A program made the translations under genes and the position numbers. From assembly GCA_951406725.2 (NCBI GenBank), contig OX597819.1:97278001-97342000 (forward strand): a stretch of 64,000 bases of DNA, given 5' to 3'. This stretch comes from Octopus vulgaris. Lineage: Eukaryota. The notes under the pieces are model-generated. The model worked only from the letters and a program-made list of their open reading frames with translations, was not told where the DNA came from and searched no databases. Below, in pieces: positions 51,093 through 64,000 of the stretch (positions within the stretch are counted from its first letter, which is position 1; the number at the start of each line of letters is the position of its first letter).

Positions 51093-52164
51093 AACAATAA
51101 GTGTGTAGCTTGATCAGGGATAGCTTAGAATTAAACAACCACCATTAATGGTAAAAGTGAGCTGAAAACACTACAGGCAACAAGAGAACGTTAAGTTTTA
51201 ATATTTGTAGGGAATTTTACAATTTATGCTATTTGTTAAGAGCATTATTAATGTAAGCATTTCCATGTGGAAATGAAGACCATGTGAGTTGAAGGACTGT
51301 CATAATTTATTCGGGAGAATGATTAAGTAAATTCCCCGATGAAATGATTCTTAGCCAAAGTTGATTACCACTAAGAGCAATGTCACTTCTCATATATTGT
51401 TAATTTCTTAGATAACTGCAGTAATGTAATAACTTTCTCTTCCTTTGAAAAATCTATGGTTTTTCTGACATAATGTTCCTAACAATATTTTCCAAAGATA
51501 CAGTTCAAATAATTTACAAAATAGTCCACACACTTCACCACTAAAGTCAAACTATTTTCCATTATAGTTTCACTATGTCCATTACAACACCAAGACAAAA
51601 TTCAATGAAAAGAAGAAAAACTTACATACAAAACTTTAATGACAAGACAGGAGAAAGGCAAAGACAATAAAAAGTATTACAATTTCTCATATGAAACATG
51701 CAGCTGGAAGCATTTGGCTGACAATGTCTGAATGTTGAGATATGTGTCTGTCTTATAAAACTTTGGAAGAAACATTAACAGCTCAATAGAATATAAATTA
51801 CAGTTTTGGTGTAGGCTGTTTTAAATACTTTACTTAATATTTTAGTATATATGGTGTGGAATTCTTCACTATTATTTAGGTTAAACCATTGGTTCCTCTC
51901 CTATGAATATACAAACACTCCTATCTATTAGCTCTCAATTTCCTGCTTGATATAGTACAACATAGGACTGGATCAGTGAGCCAGTTCTGAAACACATGAT
52001 ATCACAAGAATTGTATTAACCTTGTTCACATTCATTTTGAAATAAGTAAGGAGATTTCTCTAAGCTAAAGGAGAAAACTTTAACCACTTCTATCATTTGT
52101 TGTTGTTCTCTTAACAAAGTCATTACAAGACTGGATTTTTAACTTAGACAATTTTCAACAGAAT

Positions 52165-52380
52165 ATTCTTTTCAACTCTAGGCACAAGGCTCTAAATTTT
52201 GGGGGAGGGGGCCTATCGATTAGATTGACCCCAATATGCAACTGGTACTTAATTTATTGACCCCGAAAAGATGAAGAGCAAAGTCGACCTTGGCAAAATT
52301 TGAACTCAGAATATAAAGACAGACAAAATACCGCTAAGCATTTCGTCCAGTGTTTTAATGTTTTTGCCAGCTTGCTGCAT
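52165..52380 (-). mobile_element. Family-B SINE
   Basis: Reverse complement of the 6793-7015 unit. Confidence 0.85.
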
Positions 52381-53454
52381 TTCAACAGAATATTAAAAGA
52401 TAACTGGGTCTCTTAAGTAACTAGGTCTTAACTCATCAGTTGTTAAATGTTATTTTATTACTTAGTTTTCTCCCTGACAGTTTGATTCCCATTGACAGCT
52501 TGGCCAGTTATGTGTGTAATCAGGTTAAGATTCCCAAATTAAAAGAGACCCAAGTTTATAACATTTAACAAAAACTGAATCAAACAGAAGTTAATGAAAC
52601 CCAGCATCAAGCTGATAATGTGGCAGTTTCTCGGGACTGATCAAAAATAAAGGTAAATCAAGGAAGACCAGAGAAAAATTATCCATATGTGAGAATGCTG
52701 AACTTCAAAGAAATGATATTAGAATCAAAATAAATAGCGCAGCAAACCCAGCTGTACCATAACAACATGGAAAAAAGAATACTTAAAAAAGAATGAGGGA
52801 ACAATTACACAACTACTTCTTTTGCTAGAATTAGCAGCCAAGTTACCCTCAAACTATACTTTATCATCTTAATAATATACCCATTAGACAATGTAGTTTT
52901 AGGTATAGGTTTGAAAAGGCATCAACCACAACTACCACTAGCCAATGATAAAGCCTCTAGCCAGTCACTCAGCTTATAGAAACCTCAGCCAAATCTCCCT
53001 CAAATCATACTTCAGTGACATAAAAAATGAAGGACACTTTAGATAATGTTGCTATAGATATATATATGAATGAAAGATGAGATCATATTGAGTGGATGGA
53101 ACATTTTTAGCCATAGGTTTACTGGGATTAGAGCTGACCTAGAGATAAACAACAAAAAAAAAAGTTTTTAATAAAAAGTGTGTGTGTGTGTGTGGAGGTA
53201 GATATATGTGTGTGGAGGTATATATGTGTGTGTGGAGGTAGATATATATAAAAAATTTAGCATACAGTGTAAAAACTAATCTGTACAGTTTTATTTCAAA
53301 TAAAATCTTCAGAAAATTATCTTTATTAATGATGATTGCCAACCAATTACAGCTTCAATATCATCATCAAAAATCTTATCAAGATTATTCAATGAAAATG
53401 ACTATTAAACAAATCTGTCATGCCTTGTCTCTCCAGATGCCTGTAAACTTTCTC

Positions 53455-53845
53455 TCTTTGCTTCAGTCACTTGACTGCAGCCATGCTGGAGCACCACCTT
53501 TAGTTGAGTAAATCAACCCCAGGACTTACTCTTTGTAAGCCTAGTATATATTCTTTATTATTTATTTATTTAAGCTGAACCACTAAGTCACAGGGACGTA
53601 AACACACCAGCATCGGTTGTCAAGCGATGCTGGGGGAGGGGGGGGACAAACACACACACACACACACATATATACACATATACGACGGGCTTCTTTCAGT
53701 TTCCATCTACCAAATCCACTCACAAGGCTTTGGTCGGCCCTAGGCTAGAGTAGAAGACACTTGCCTAAAGTGCCATGCAGTGGGACTGAACCTGGAACTA
53801 TGTGGTTGGTAAGCAAGCTACTTACCACACAGCCACTCCTGCACC
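53455..53845 (-). mobile_element. Family-A SINE, full length
   Basis: Reverse complement of 57074-57450 at high identity. Confidence 0.93.
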
Positions 53846-54287
53846 TGGTCAATTCTTCTCAAAATTATGACTCTCAAACCCAAGTAACCCTTAAATATTA
53901 AACTAAATAGGGACTGGTAATATACAAATGGTTAGTAGAAGAGAGATGAGTGTCTGTTGATGAAGTTAAAGACCAAATGATTAAAGTTGAAAGATGCCAC
54001 TGAAGAAATAATCTACACAAAAGAAATAATCCAAATATGTATCTGTAGATCCAATATTTTGTTGGTTAATCTATGATTAAAACAGAAGACATGTTTTTTA
54101 CTTCAAAGTGAAATGTGATGACAACAATTACAAGAGAACAGAGAAAAAGTGTGAGAATAGCAGATGTGATGTGGTTTCACATATCTTTAAGTTCTTAGAT
54201 TTTTATATAGCCCACTAAGAACTATGAAGTCATACCTCCTTGTTGAGTCTCAATATTCTAAATTTCTTTATAATATTTTTAATATCA

Positions 54288-54676
54288 CCAACCACATGGT
54301 TCAGGGTTCAGTCCCACTGTGTGGCACCTTGGGCAAGTGTCTTCTACTATAGCCTCAGGTTAACCAAAGCCTTGTGAGAGGATTTGGTAGACAAAAACTG
54401 AAAGAAGCCCATCATATATATATGTACATATATGTGTGAATGTGTGTGTGTGGGGGGTCTTTGTGTTTGTCCCCCACCACCGCTTGACAACCACTGTTGG
54501 TATGTTTATGTCCCTGCAACTTAGCAGTTTGGCAAAAAAGACTAATCAAATAAGTTCCAGGCTTAACAAAAAGGTAAGTCCTAGGGTCAATTCATTTGAC
54601 TAAAAAAAAATTGTTCAAGGCATTGCCCCAGCATGGCCATGATCTAACAGCTGAAACAAGTGAAAGATAAAAGATA
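54288..54676 (+). mobile_element. Family-A SINE, slightly 5'-truncated
   Basis: Collinear with 57074-57450. Confidence 0.9.
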
Positions 54677-56099
54677 TGCTCTCTTCATATTTGCACATTT
54701 TATTCTATTTAAAAATAGATTTATTTGCTAAAGCAAGTTTGATGGCTGCTAATGTATGTCATAAATCCCAAAATGACAATCCAAGTAAATAGGCAAATGA
54801 AAGAGAAAATGTCACACCTATTAATTGTATGGTATACTCTCATTGACTAAGTCAGAAAATTTCTTCTTAGTTTTGACAGCTATTCGTGTGTAGAGTAATT
54901 ACAAAACATTTAATATACACGTGAGTTTAAGGAAATTTAAGTTAAAACTAAGATGATTTTAAAATATGTTACTTGTAATTAATAGAATAAAATATCTTAA
55001 AATGTTCAGGAAAAAGAAAAACACAGAAATGTAAAAGATTAAATGTAAAAAAAAAAAAGAAAGAAAACTAGAGTTGGGAAATTGAGTACTGTTGCTTGTT
55101 GCTATTGTATCTGCCAAAGACTGAAGGTGACTTTCACTCGTGTTCAAGTGATAAAGAAGTGTTTAATTTCCTGGTCTACATATTCATAGCAGTTTTACGG
55201 AAATAGTTTCTATTTTTTTCTCTCTATTTATTTGTAGAGAATATAAACCAATGTATTAGTTAAAAATGAGTTTGAAGTATCTCCCCACATACATATATAT
55301 GTAGGGAAATCCTCAACACCAGAGAAGTTAGAGAACTTATTTTATGCCATTTTACATATCAAGTTGCTACTATAATGTAGTCTCAAAGTATTTGAGTCCA
55401 GATCTGTTGAGATTTCAGCTGTTGGGATTTTAAAATTTTGTTTTGATTTTTTTCTTCATGGTAGCTTTTCTTGATAGCTTTTACATAGGTTGTAAATACT
55501 GAAAGCTTTTTACTAATTTGCTGTTGAATTTTTAACAGCCAACTATATCATTTATGATGTACATATTTTCAGATGCATAGGTGCTGGATTGGCACATGTG
55601 TAATTTAGTAAGAAAAGAATATATATGCATGCACACATGTTTTGTGTGTGTGTGTGTGTGTGCGCGCAAGCGCGTATTTCACTATACATGTCATCCTCCT
55701 CATATACTGTCTGCCTCTCTCCTACCCACCCACTCCTCTCTGCCCACCCACTCCTGCAACCTACTCAACAGCATGTCACCATCTCTCTTTTGTTTTTCTC
55801 CTATTTACTGTATTATCATTACTATCCTGCTGCTCTATGCTATCAAACATCCTCTCCTTCCCAACTCACTTCTGGCTCCTCAGCCCACTCATTCCTACCT
55901 ACTTCATACACTGAGGGTCCACCCTGACACATCATCACCACTATTTTTATTGATTTCCAGCTCCACCTAATCACTCCCCTGTCTTCTAAAATATGAGTAG
56001 TCATGTTGCTCCTACCCTACAGCATGAAAACTATTCTACTCTGGTCCTTTTCTCAACCTGAAACCCCTTCCTACTCTATCTCCTAAGATAAAATTACCT

Positions 56100-56335
56100 C
56101 AATCAGGGTTCATAGTCTTGCATATTGCAAGGCAATATCACTAGTGCTTGTGACATGAAAAAAAAAAAAAAGCAACTTGTACATGCTGTAAAGTGGTTGG
56201 AATTATGAAGGGCATAGAGAGCATGCCAAAGCAGACATTGGAACATGAAGTAGTTGTTAGACCCGTTGGCTTTTGTCAATCAATCCAACCCATGCAAACA
56301 TGGAACATAGACGCTGAATGATGATGGTGATGGTG
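56100..56335 (+). mobile_element. Old RTE-type 3' tail fragment
   Basis: tgtaaagtggttgg..tatgaagggcat...tccaacccatgcaaacatggaacatagacg..atgatgatg; similar fragment at ~27110-27300. Confidence 0.65.
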
Positions 56336-56783
56336 TGCTAGAAAATTATATTTTTGATTAACATGTAACTGTGTGAGTGAGCGTGTACATTTGGAATGCC
56401 TCACCATAATAATTCAAGAGCAGGTAATCCCCTCTTAGTGTTTTGTTTCATTCTAAGAAATAAAAATATATTTTATGCTTTGTTATTGTTTATATTTTGA
56501 ATTACAAAATATTTTATGGGGACACCAAAATCTTTTAAGCACTTAGGGCTTTGGTGGGTCTGAATCTGGCCCTGTATATGCACACACATATATATACACA
56601 CATATATACAAGCGCATATATATATATACACACACACACATATATATATACATATATATATACACATTTACATATATATATAGAAAGACACACATATATA
56701 TACACACAAATATTCACATATATATATAGACACACACATACATATATACACTCACACATACATTTACATATACACACACACAG

Positions 56784-56818
<35 letters not shown>

Positions 56819-57003
56819 ATCGTTACCAACGTTACCTTACTGGCACTCGAGCCTCGTGCTAGTAGAGTATTAAGAGCACCATCCGAGCGTGATCATTGCC
56901 AGAGCGGCTATTTTTAAACATCCAAGAGAAATAACCCATTTGCTCCTGAAAGGAAACCTTATATATAGCCAACATATACATATGTACATATATCTTATAT
57001 ATC

Positions 57004-57046
<43 letters not shown>

Positions 57047-57073
57047 GTACATATATATATATATGTACATATA

Positions 57074-57450
57074 GGTGCAGGAGTGGCTGTGTGGTAAGTA
57101 GCTTGCTAACCAACCACATGGTTCCATGTTCAGTCCCACTGCGTGGCATCTTGGGCAAGTGTCTTCTGCTATAGCCCCGGGCCGACCAATGCCTTCTGAG
57201 TGGATTTGGTAGATGGAAACTGAAAGAAACCTGTCGTATATATGTATATATGTGTGTGTATGTGTTTGTCCCCCTAGCATTGCTTGACAACCGATGCTGG
57301 TGTGTTTATGTCCCCGTCACTTAGCGGTTCGGCAAAAAGAGACCGATAGAATAAGTACTGGGCTTACAAAAGAATAAGTCCCGGGGTCGAGTTGCTCGAT
57401 TAAAGGTGGTGCTCCAGCATGGCCGCAGTCAAATGACTGAAACAAGTAAA
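57074..57450 (+). mobile_element. Family-A tRNA-derived SINE, full length and young
   Basis: A box (tggctgtgtggtaag), B-box-like (gttcagtccc), ttgggcaagtg core-like segment, internal (TA/TG)n, tail gactgaaacaagtaaaa; more than a dozen related copies or fragments in the window. Confidence 0.93.
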
Positions 57451-57500
<50 letters not shown>

Positions 57501-57556
57501 CCACTGGTATTTGAGTACTCTTTTTCCACCTTGTTTCACTTTTATGTGTTTACTCC

Positions 57557-57594
<38 letters not shown>

Positions 57595-57623
57595 TATATA
57601 TATATATATATACGTATGTACAT

Positions 57624-57671
<48 letters not shown>

Positions 57672-60600
57672 TATGTATCCAATGAAGATTGTTTGACTAG
57701 CTAGAAATAGCAGCTAATTTTTTTTCACCTCATAGATTATCACTTTAAGTGAAAAACAAATATTCTTTATATGTTAAAGAGTTAAAGGTTCATTTTATGC
57801 AAGTTTAAGTGACTTGAACAGAATTAGATGATTTTTACCCAAGGTATATGTTGCTCACCCCAGTTTAAACAGGATGGAATATCCACTGCTTATTCCAAAA
57901 CAGCTGACTGGAGTCTTGTTACATAGATAAAAATGTTTCCAGAAGACAACTGAAAATTTATTTAAACTATTAGAATTTCATTTCCCAAATAAATTATAGT
58001 AAATATTTATTATCTTTGAAAAGGAATTATCTCTAAGACGTTAGCTGTAGAATTTTTATAAGAATTTTGTGCCAAACTTTACCAATACAAGATAAAACTA
58101 ACCAGTAACAAAAACAATGACTTTATCAAATCTATCTGATTACTTCAGATAATAGATTTATGACGATTATATTTCAAAAAGGGAGAGGAGAAAGGAGGGA
58201 GAGAAAATTAGACAACTGATGAGTTCATGTAAAATACAAAGAAAACAATTTTTGAAGATGTGTAAAAACTGATTGCAATATGTTGATTGAGGAAGTAGAC
58301 TTGCAAAAATGTCTGGCTTTGGAGGCAGATTTCTTTGTCATTTCCAATGCATAACAAACACAAATGACAAATTACTCTTCATCACAAAATTCTAACATAC
58401 CATAACATCACTATTATCTTTGTCTTTTATCTAAAACATTCACTTGGGAGACAAAAGTGAACATGTACAAATTCTCAGAGATTATGCAGATGTAAATAAA
58501 TCATTTTGATAAATATTCATACTGTGTCTGTGGTAATGTGATGGCTTACTGGTTAGATATGTGGCCAACAACCAGAAACAGGCAAACTGAAGCTATGGCT
58601 TCATGATGCATCTATTGCAACAATAAGGGTAATTAAGGAAATGATTTAAGATTCAGATTGATCTTTTACAACTTGCCTGCATTTACATGTCTGTACATGA
58701 ACAATTTCTTGAATGTGTATTTTTTTATCATCTTTTAGTCAGGAGGGAAGGACAAACCCATGACCCTTTACAAGGTCTCCAGATGGAAACCTAGTCTGAA
58801 TGCTTGCAACAAACTGGATTTTACTAGAATTATGTAAGGGCCAGGTGATGGTGTTAAACCAGATGATGGATTAAGGCTACCATCCAAGTATTATCTGAAC
58901 TCAGAATGTAAAGTGCTGGATCAACTATTGTAAGGCATCTCTTCTAATGTTCTAAGGTTTCTGTTGATCCATCACCCTTGACAGGTAAAAATGAAAGACT
59001 AAGTTGGTCTCACTGGGAACTGAACTCAGAATGCTATGTGCCAGAATAAATACAAGGTATTTTGAGTGATGCTCAAGTAGCTCAGCCAATTTGTTGCCTT
59101 GAAACCAATAAACTTTAAATTAAAAATGGTGGCGGTGGCAGTGGCAGCAGTAGTAGTAGTAGTAGTAAAGAATATATCCTTCATGATTTGAAGCTATGTC
59201 ATATTTAATCCCTGAGGTAATTAATATTTGGCTATTACTTATCACTTAAGTAACAAACCAACAACCAAACTATGCAACAGTACATTATAATGATAAAAGG
59301 TCTCAATTTTCCTGCAAAGTAAAATAAACAGATTAAGAATTACTGATATATTTCTAATTATAAAGAAATTACCAGATAGTTTTCTTCTGAAGAGGCAAAA
59401 AAACCCCACATGTGTAAACTTAATTTTAAAAGAAAGTTTAGCCTGACACTTTAGAAGTTAACTTTTTTGAAGCATCAAATGATGTTTTTTTTTTCAGTGA
59501 TACTTCAAAGAAAGTGCAAAGGACAAAATATATGATTAATTTACAATATTTTTTATTCAAATCGTTAGTGGCTGATTGAAAGCAGTCACTTCCCTGTACA
59601 TCTGACATGTCTCACTTCAGAAATAGAATAGTTCTTACAAAAGGATAATGCAGTAGTTGGCGAGAGGCCATATGTTAGTGCTGTATACATATAGACAAAG
59701 CTTATAGCTTCCTACAAAAACTAAACCATCTAATGTTTAACTTTCTACCATGATGGAAGTGAAGTGGGTGAGCAACTGCACAACACTGTTACCTACCTGC
59801 CATATAATTCACAGGCTTTTTCTCGGGCAGCATCAAAGTAGACTGAAGGCAAAATAAAGAAAACTTTGAAAGGATATACAAATTAATGTTGATTGGTTGA
59901 TCTGCAGCCTATTTCATTTTGCTTTTACAGACCCTCATCAGGAGACTATATATCTTTCATTCGGTTGCAATATTTGAATTAATATTTGAGTGAGATACCT
60001 CAAATGAAAATATAGAAAAATGACCAAAGATGGAATGAAGGAAGATATATAAGATGTTTTGGGGGTTCAGAGAACAAGTTTATTGGAATCATACAATCAA
60101 GTAAAATAAAAAGAAGAATTTACATATTTCAACTAATTTCAAAAATAATGAAGTATTTAGTGAAACAGTTTAGTTTAAGCTGATGTTTGACACAAATTCA
60201 CATAAAAATTTAAAGGGAAATTTTAAGTTAGATCATTTCAAAATGGGAAGTTTGTACCATAGAACCAGGGAGAATCCTCAGGTAGCTTGATATCAAAAGT
60301 GTTAAAGTTGTATTGATTCAGTGAAGGTTGGATTGTATTAAACAGGCAGACACTAGTTTACATCAACAAAGTTTGATACTTTAAAAAAAATGATAATACA
60401 GCTATCAGATTGGGGTGATTACTTCTGACAAGAGGATTGGTAACCAAGGAGTAAAAATAATTTGTTATCAAGTAGAAGAAGAATGGGCTATGAGGAGGTG
60501 CTTCTGGGGGTGGGGATAACCTGACAACAATGATAATGATGGTAGTTGATCAACCCATTCCTGTCAGCCAGAAAATCTTGAAGCACTTTTTAAAAAAACA

Positions 60601-61289
60601 GATGAAATAGTTTGGCTAATGATAAATATTAATTATATAATAATTGCAATGTTATTATTTTCACATTCTTACAGTAAAATAATTATGAATTATCCAACTT
60701 ATTTTGGAAAATAACTCCTGGAATTAGATAACGAATAGAATATAAATATAAACATCCAAACAAATGTCTGGATGTTTTAGAATAATGTTTCTAAAATCAT
60801 GTGTAAATGTATTAGAAATTATGAGAAAATAATCTCAAGTATTTCTTCCGCTTCAGCCTTTCTTCCTTTCTCAAACCCACTTCATCAAACTAACTTTGAA
60901 CCAGACTTCACTATCTACAGAGCATTTCCTAAATTTATCCCTGTCAAGGACTCAAAACCACAAAGCAGAATATAAAAAGAGTAATAGGTTTATTTATGTC
61001 CTACACTAAATAACCTAGCATTGCTATGAAGGCCTAAGATAAGAAAACACAGTCTATGTTGATAAACACTGACAGAAAGGTATTTGCACTTCATACTAAA
61101 AAGTGATTTTGAAATACCTCTACTATAAATCCTATTAAAGATAAGAGCTTATCTTTGATGAAAAATTCATTGATAGATTAATTGATAGAACAAAGTTAAA
61201 TAAGTAGAAACCACTTTCAGTCAAAAGTAATAAATAATAAATATTTTTAAAAAATCACAAAATACTAAATCACTGGAAATAATAAGTTG

Positions 61290-61545
61290 GTATATAATAG
61301 TGTCTCGAGGACATAAATTGGTATGTGTTGTATTTGGAGAATAAAAAAGAGATATGTAATGGTGTCAAAAGGACATAAATAGGTGAATGACAGTAACTGG
61401 TGCACATTAATTAGACATAAGTGATGATATGAAGGACATCATAATAAGTGCGATCATGTCTGGAGGACATAAACTAGAAGTATGTAATGGTGTCTGGAGG
61501 ATATAATACAGAGGTCTGTTGTGGTATCTGAATTAAATAAATATA
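61290..61545. repeat. Degenerate ~31-bp minisatellite
   Basis: Recurring gtatgtaatggtgtctggaggacataaa unit. Confidence 0.7.
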
Positions 61546-61929
61546 GTAATAGATTAGATAGTCAAACTGAAGTACCACTAACAGTACACCCACGACTCCC
61601 AAATTTATAAGACTAACCTGAAATAGCTAAGAACATAGATAAAAGGAAAATATTACACTTTAAGATATCTGACCTGATGAGATGGTTGGAGAACATTGCA
61701 ATGAACAGTGCCAGTTCATTTGAAAGTTAGTGGAACCTAAACTTTAGCTTCCTTACTTGCCAAGACAGTAATATTAATTAACTCTGAATGTATTTTCCTA
61801 ATCATTACAATTAACCCTACTATGGATGTTTCAGCTGTTGAAAACATTAAAAATATTAATTCTTCATGTCACTGTTAGCAAGTTAGTATGTGTGTTTGCT
61901 CTGTCTGTTTGCCACTGCTCATGCTTGGA

Positions 61930-62172
61930 TCAAAAGCTGGGGCCCAAAATCAAAATGTTTGAAGAGACACAATGAGGAATGCACGTGCCATGTTCCAGAG
62001 CCATTTTGAGGTCATGGTGGAAGCTGAGGATGGCTACTTTGAGTAAACTATTATCTTCCAGCCACAACCTAGTTGATACTTTTTGATTTTTAAAAAATAC
62101 TTTTATTTTTGGATGGGATATTGTTTTCTTTTCCATTCATGCAAATTGTGAAATTTAGCTTGAATATCCTAT
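61930..62172 (+). mobile_element. Tc1/mariner (DD37D maT-like) 3' remnant
   Basis: Translation DTMRNARAMFQSHFEVMVEAEDGYFE* resembles the transposase C-terminus (AC..FR.RL..V..A.GG.FE); TIR-like end aatttagcttgaatatcctata. Confidence 0.6.
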
Positions 62173-64000
62173 ACAATAAAACAATGGACAAGTTCTGTCA
62201 AGGAGTCTGACTACGTGTATCCTTTTCTGAGATTATCCAAAATTAACCTATATTTAAACTACATCTGTTATTTCACTCACACTATTTGTTCATTTAGCTA
62301 TGATTACACTTCGGCCATAACTACATCAAGTGTTGCATGCAATAACTAAGTTACAGTAGTAACTATTGATGATCAACTAAAAAGGACTGCAGTATAATGT
62401 TAGCTATATATATGAGTTTATAATATAATATAAAAACAGTCTATATTATGCAAATACTAGATTAATAAAGACAGAGTTATTTTATATTAAAACAAACGAA
62501 CAGAATATTTCATTGAAACAATGATCACAAAAGGGCTAAAATTACACACACATACAGAGCAAAAATGAATGCTTCAATTCTGAATTAACTAAGTTTTAGA
62601 GGTCTGCACTTCAAACTCCTGTAAGTACTGTGTTTGGTCACAAAAGTAAGGATTACAATTCGACAAAAAAAAAAAAAAGTTTTATAAATGCAGATATTAT
62701 CAAAATACTATTTATTTCCAAAGCAGTTATGTAAAAGAATTTTATGGTACGTGTAAATTGTAAAACAATATTCTTTTATTCAAATCATTTACTGTTAAAT
62801 TGAATGCAAAAAAATAAAGTTTGGTAAATTTAAATAATTGAATTTCAAGTATAAACCCTTTAGTAGGAAATTCTTTAGTGGGACATAATATTAGAAATCT
62901 AAGTGAGAATTTGTAGACTAAAGAAAGATAAAGGCATCATAAAAAAAATGAAAGATCTAGTTAACTATCTGACAAGATCTACAAAATAGACAAGAAGCCA
63001 TAACAAGAGCATTTGTAGGAAAAAATTAGCATGTATAAATAAAATTGAATATAAAATATATCTAGAACAAGAAGAATCCTCAAACTTGAGGAATTGGATT
63101 TCTATAATAATGTACAGGAACATTAGCAACTGTTGGTATATAAAAATGTCCTCCACCTTCCCTCTCTTTCTTTCTCCAACACACACACACACACACATGC
63201 ATACAAACACACCTGGCTTTGTCAGACTGAATCTGCATAGAAGCTAATAAAAAAAAAATATTTGTTATTGGCTTACTTCCACCTGAAAACTAGGAGTAAC
63301 TTGAGAACAATAGTTCCACCAAATTTACTGGCATTATATATATACAAATATGGCAAATGTCTAAAGTCAAGGAATTTTTTACATTTGCCAATAGTGCCAA
63401 GCAGGTAATTGGAAAAAATATATGAACATTAACATAAATTCTTCCTGGTATAAAATTGCTAAAGGGTTAAAAATATAATGGATTCTTGTAAAAAAATATA
63501 ATTTGAAATGCCAATTTCCAAACTAAGTAAAACCCAGTAATATTCTTTTTAAAATGTTTTTAAAGTGAAAAGAACTGTTAAAATTGAAAGTAGATTATAA
63601 AAGGATTCTCTAGACCAATTCAATAAGACTACATTTGAACAACCAGAAAAGAGTTAAGTAGGTGTTTGACATGCTAGAAATAGTAGTCAAATCTCTCTTA
63701 AATTACACCCTATCATCTGGGGAAAAGGGTCAGTCCTAGATACCATTGAAAAAACAAAGTACTCTTGACTAGAATGCTCTTGGTCTTGGGTCTACTCAGT
63801 CACAATTAACCTAGGGTTAAACATCTAAAGGGTGAAATATAAAAGAAATGGTCAAAACATTGATTGCCATGCCTCAACAGTGGAAAATTTACAGTGTTCA
63901 TAACCAGCAACAAGAAATAGGTGTTAATTGGACAACAGACAAATGCAAGTAGGAATGGTTAGCATTTTGAATTTCAAAACTATAATTAAAATCTATAATT

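Noticed and set aside
55581-55970. 90-129-aa ORFs in a pyrimidine-rich block
   Set aside because: Low-complexity composition, probably an ancient repeat remnant; no protein motif.

Overview
AT-rich, microsatellite-saturated eukaryotic DNA with one 100-N gap. The repeat content (tRNA-derived SINEs with internal (TA/TG)n tracts, RTE LINEs with (GAT)n tails, abundant Penelope-like remnants) resembles an octopus/cephalopod genome; this is my inference from recognised repeat style, not a database result. No intact protein-coding gene is supported. The long ORFs are microsatellite artefacts or transposon fragments, so the window is probably intronic or intergenic. Identifiable elements are: RTE and CR1-group LINE fragments; a decayed hAT/Buster transposon with TIRs and an 8-bp TSD (34940-36828); a Neptune-like Penelope element with a GIY-YIG remnant and inverted pseudo-LTRs (14745-17088); Helitron/Helentron, Tc1-mariner and piggyBac-like remnants; several SINE families; and three minisatellites. 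The most notable signal is a set of about 8 fold-back (inverted-repeat) elements, several carrying hammerhead ribozyme cores. One has an intact core on both arms (20152-20556) and one is fused to a tRNA-like Pol III head (40590-41293). Coordinates were counted by eye and repeat boundaries are approximate.
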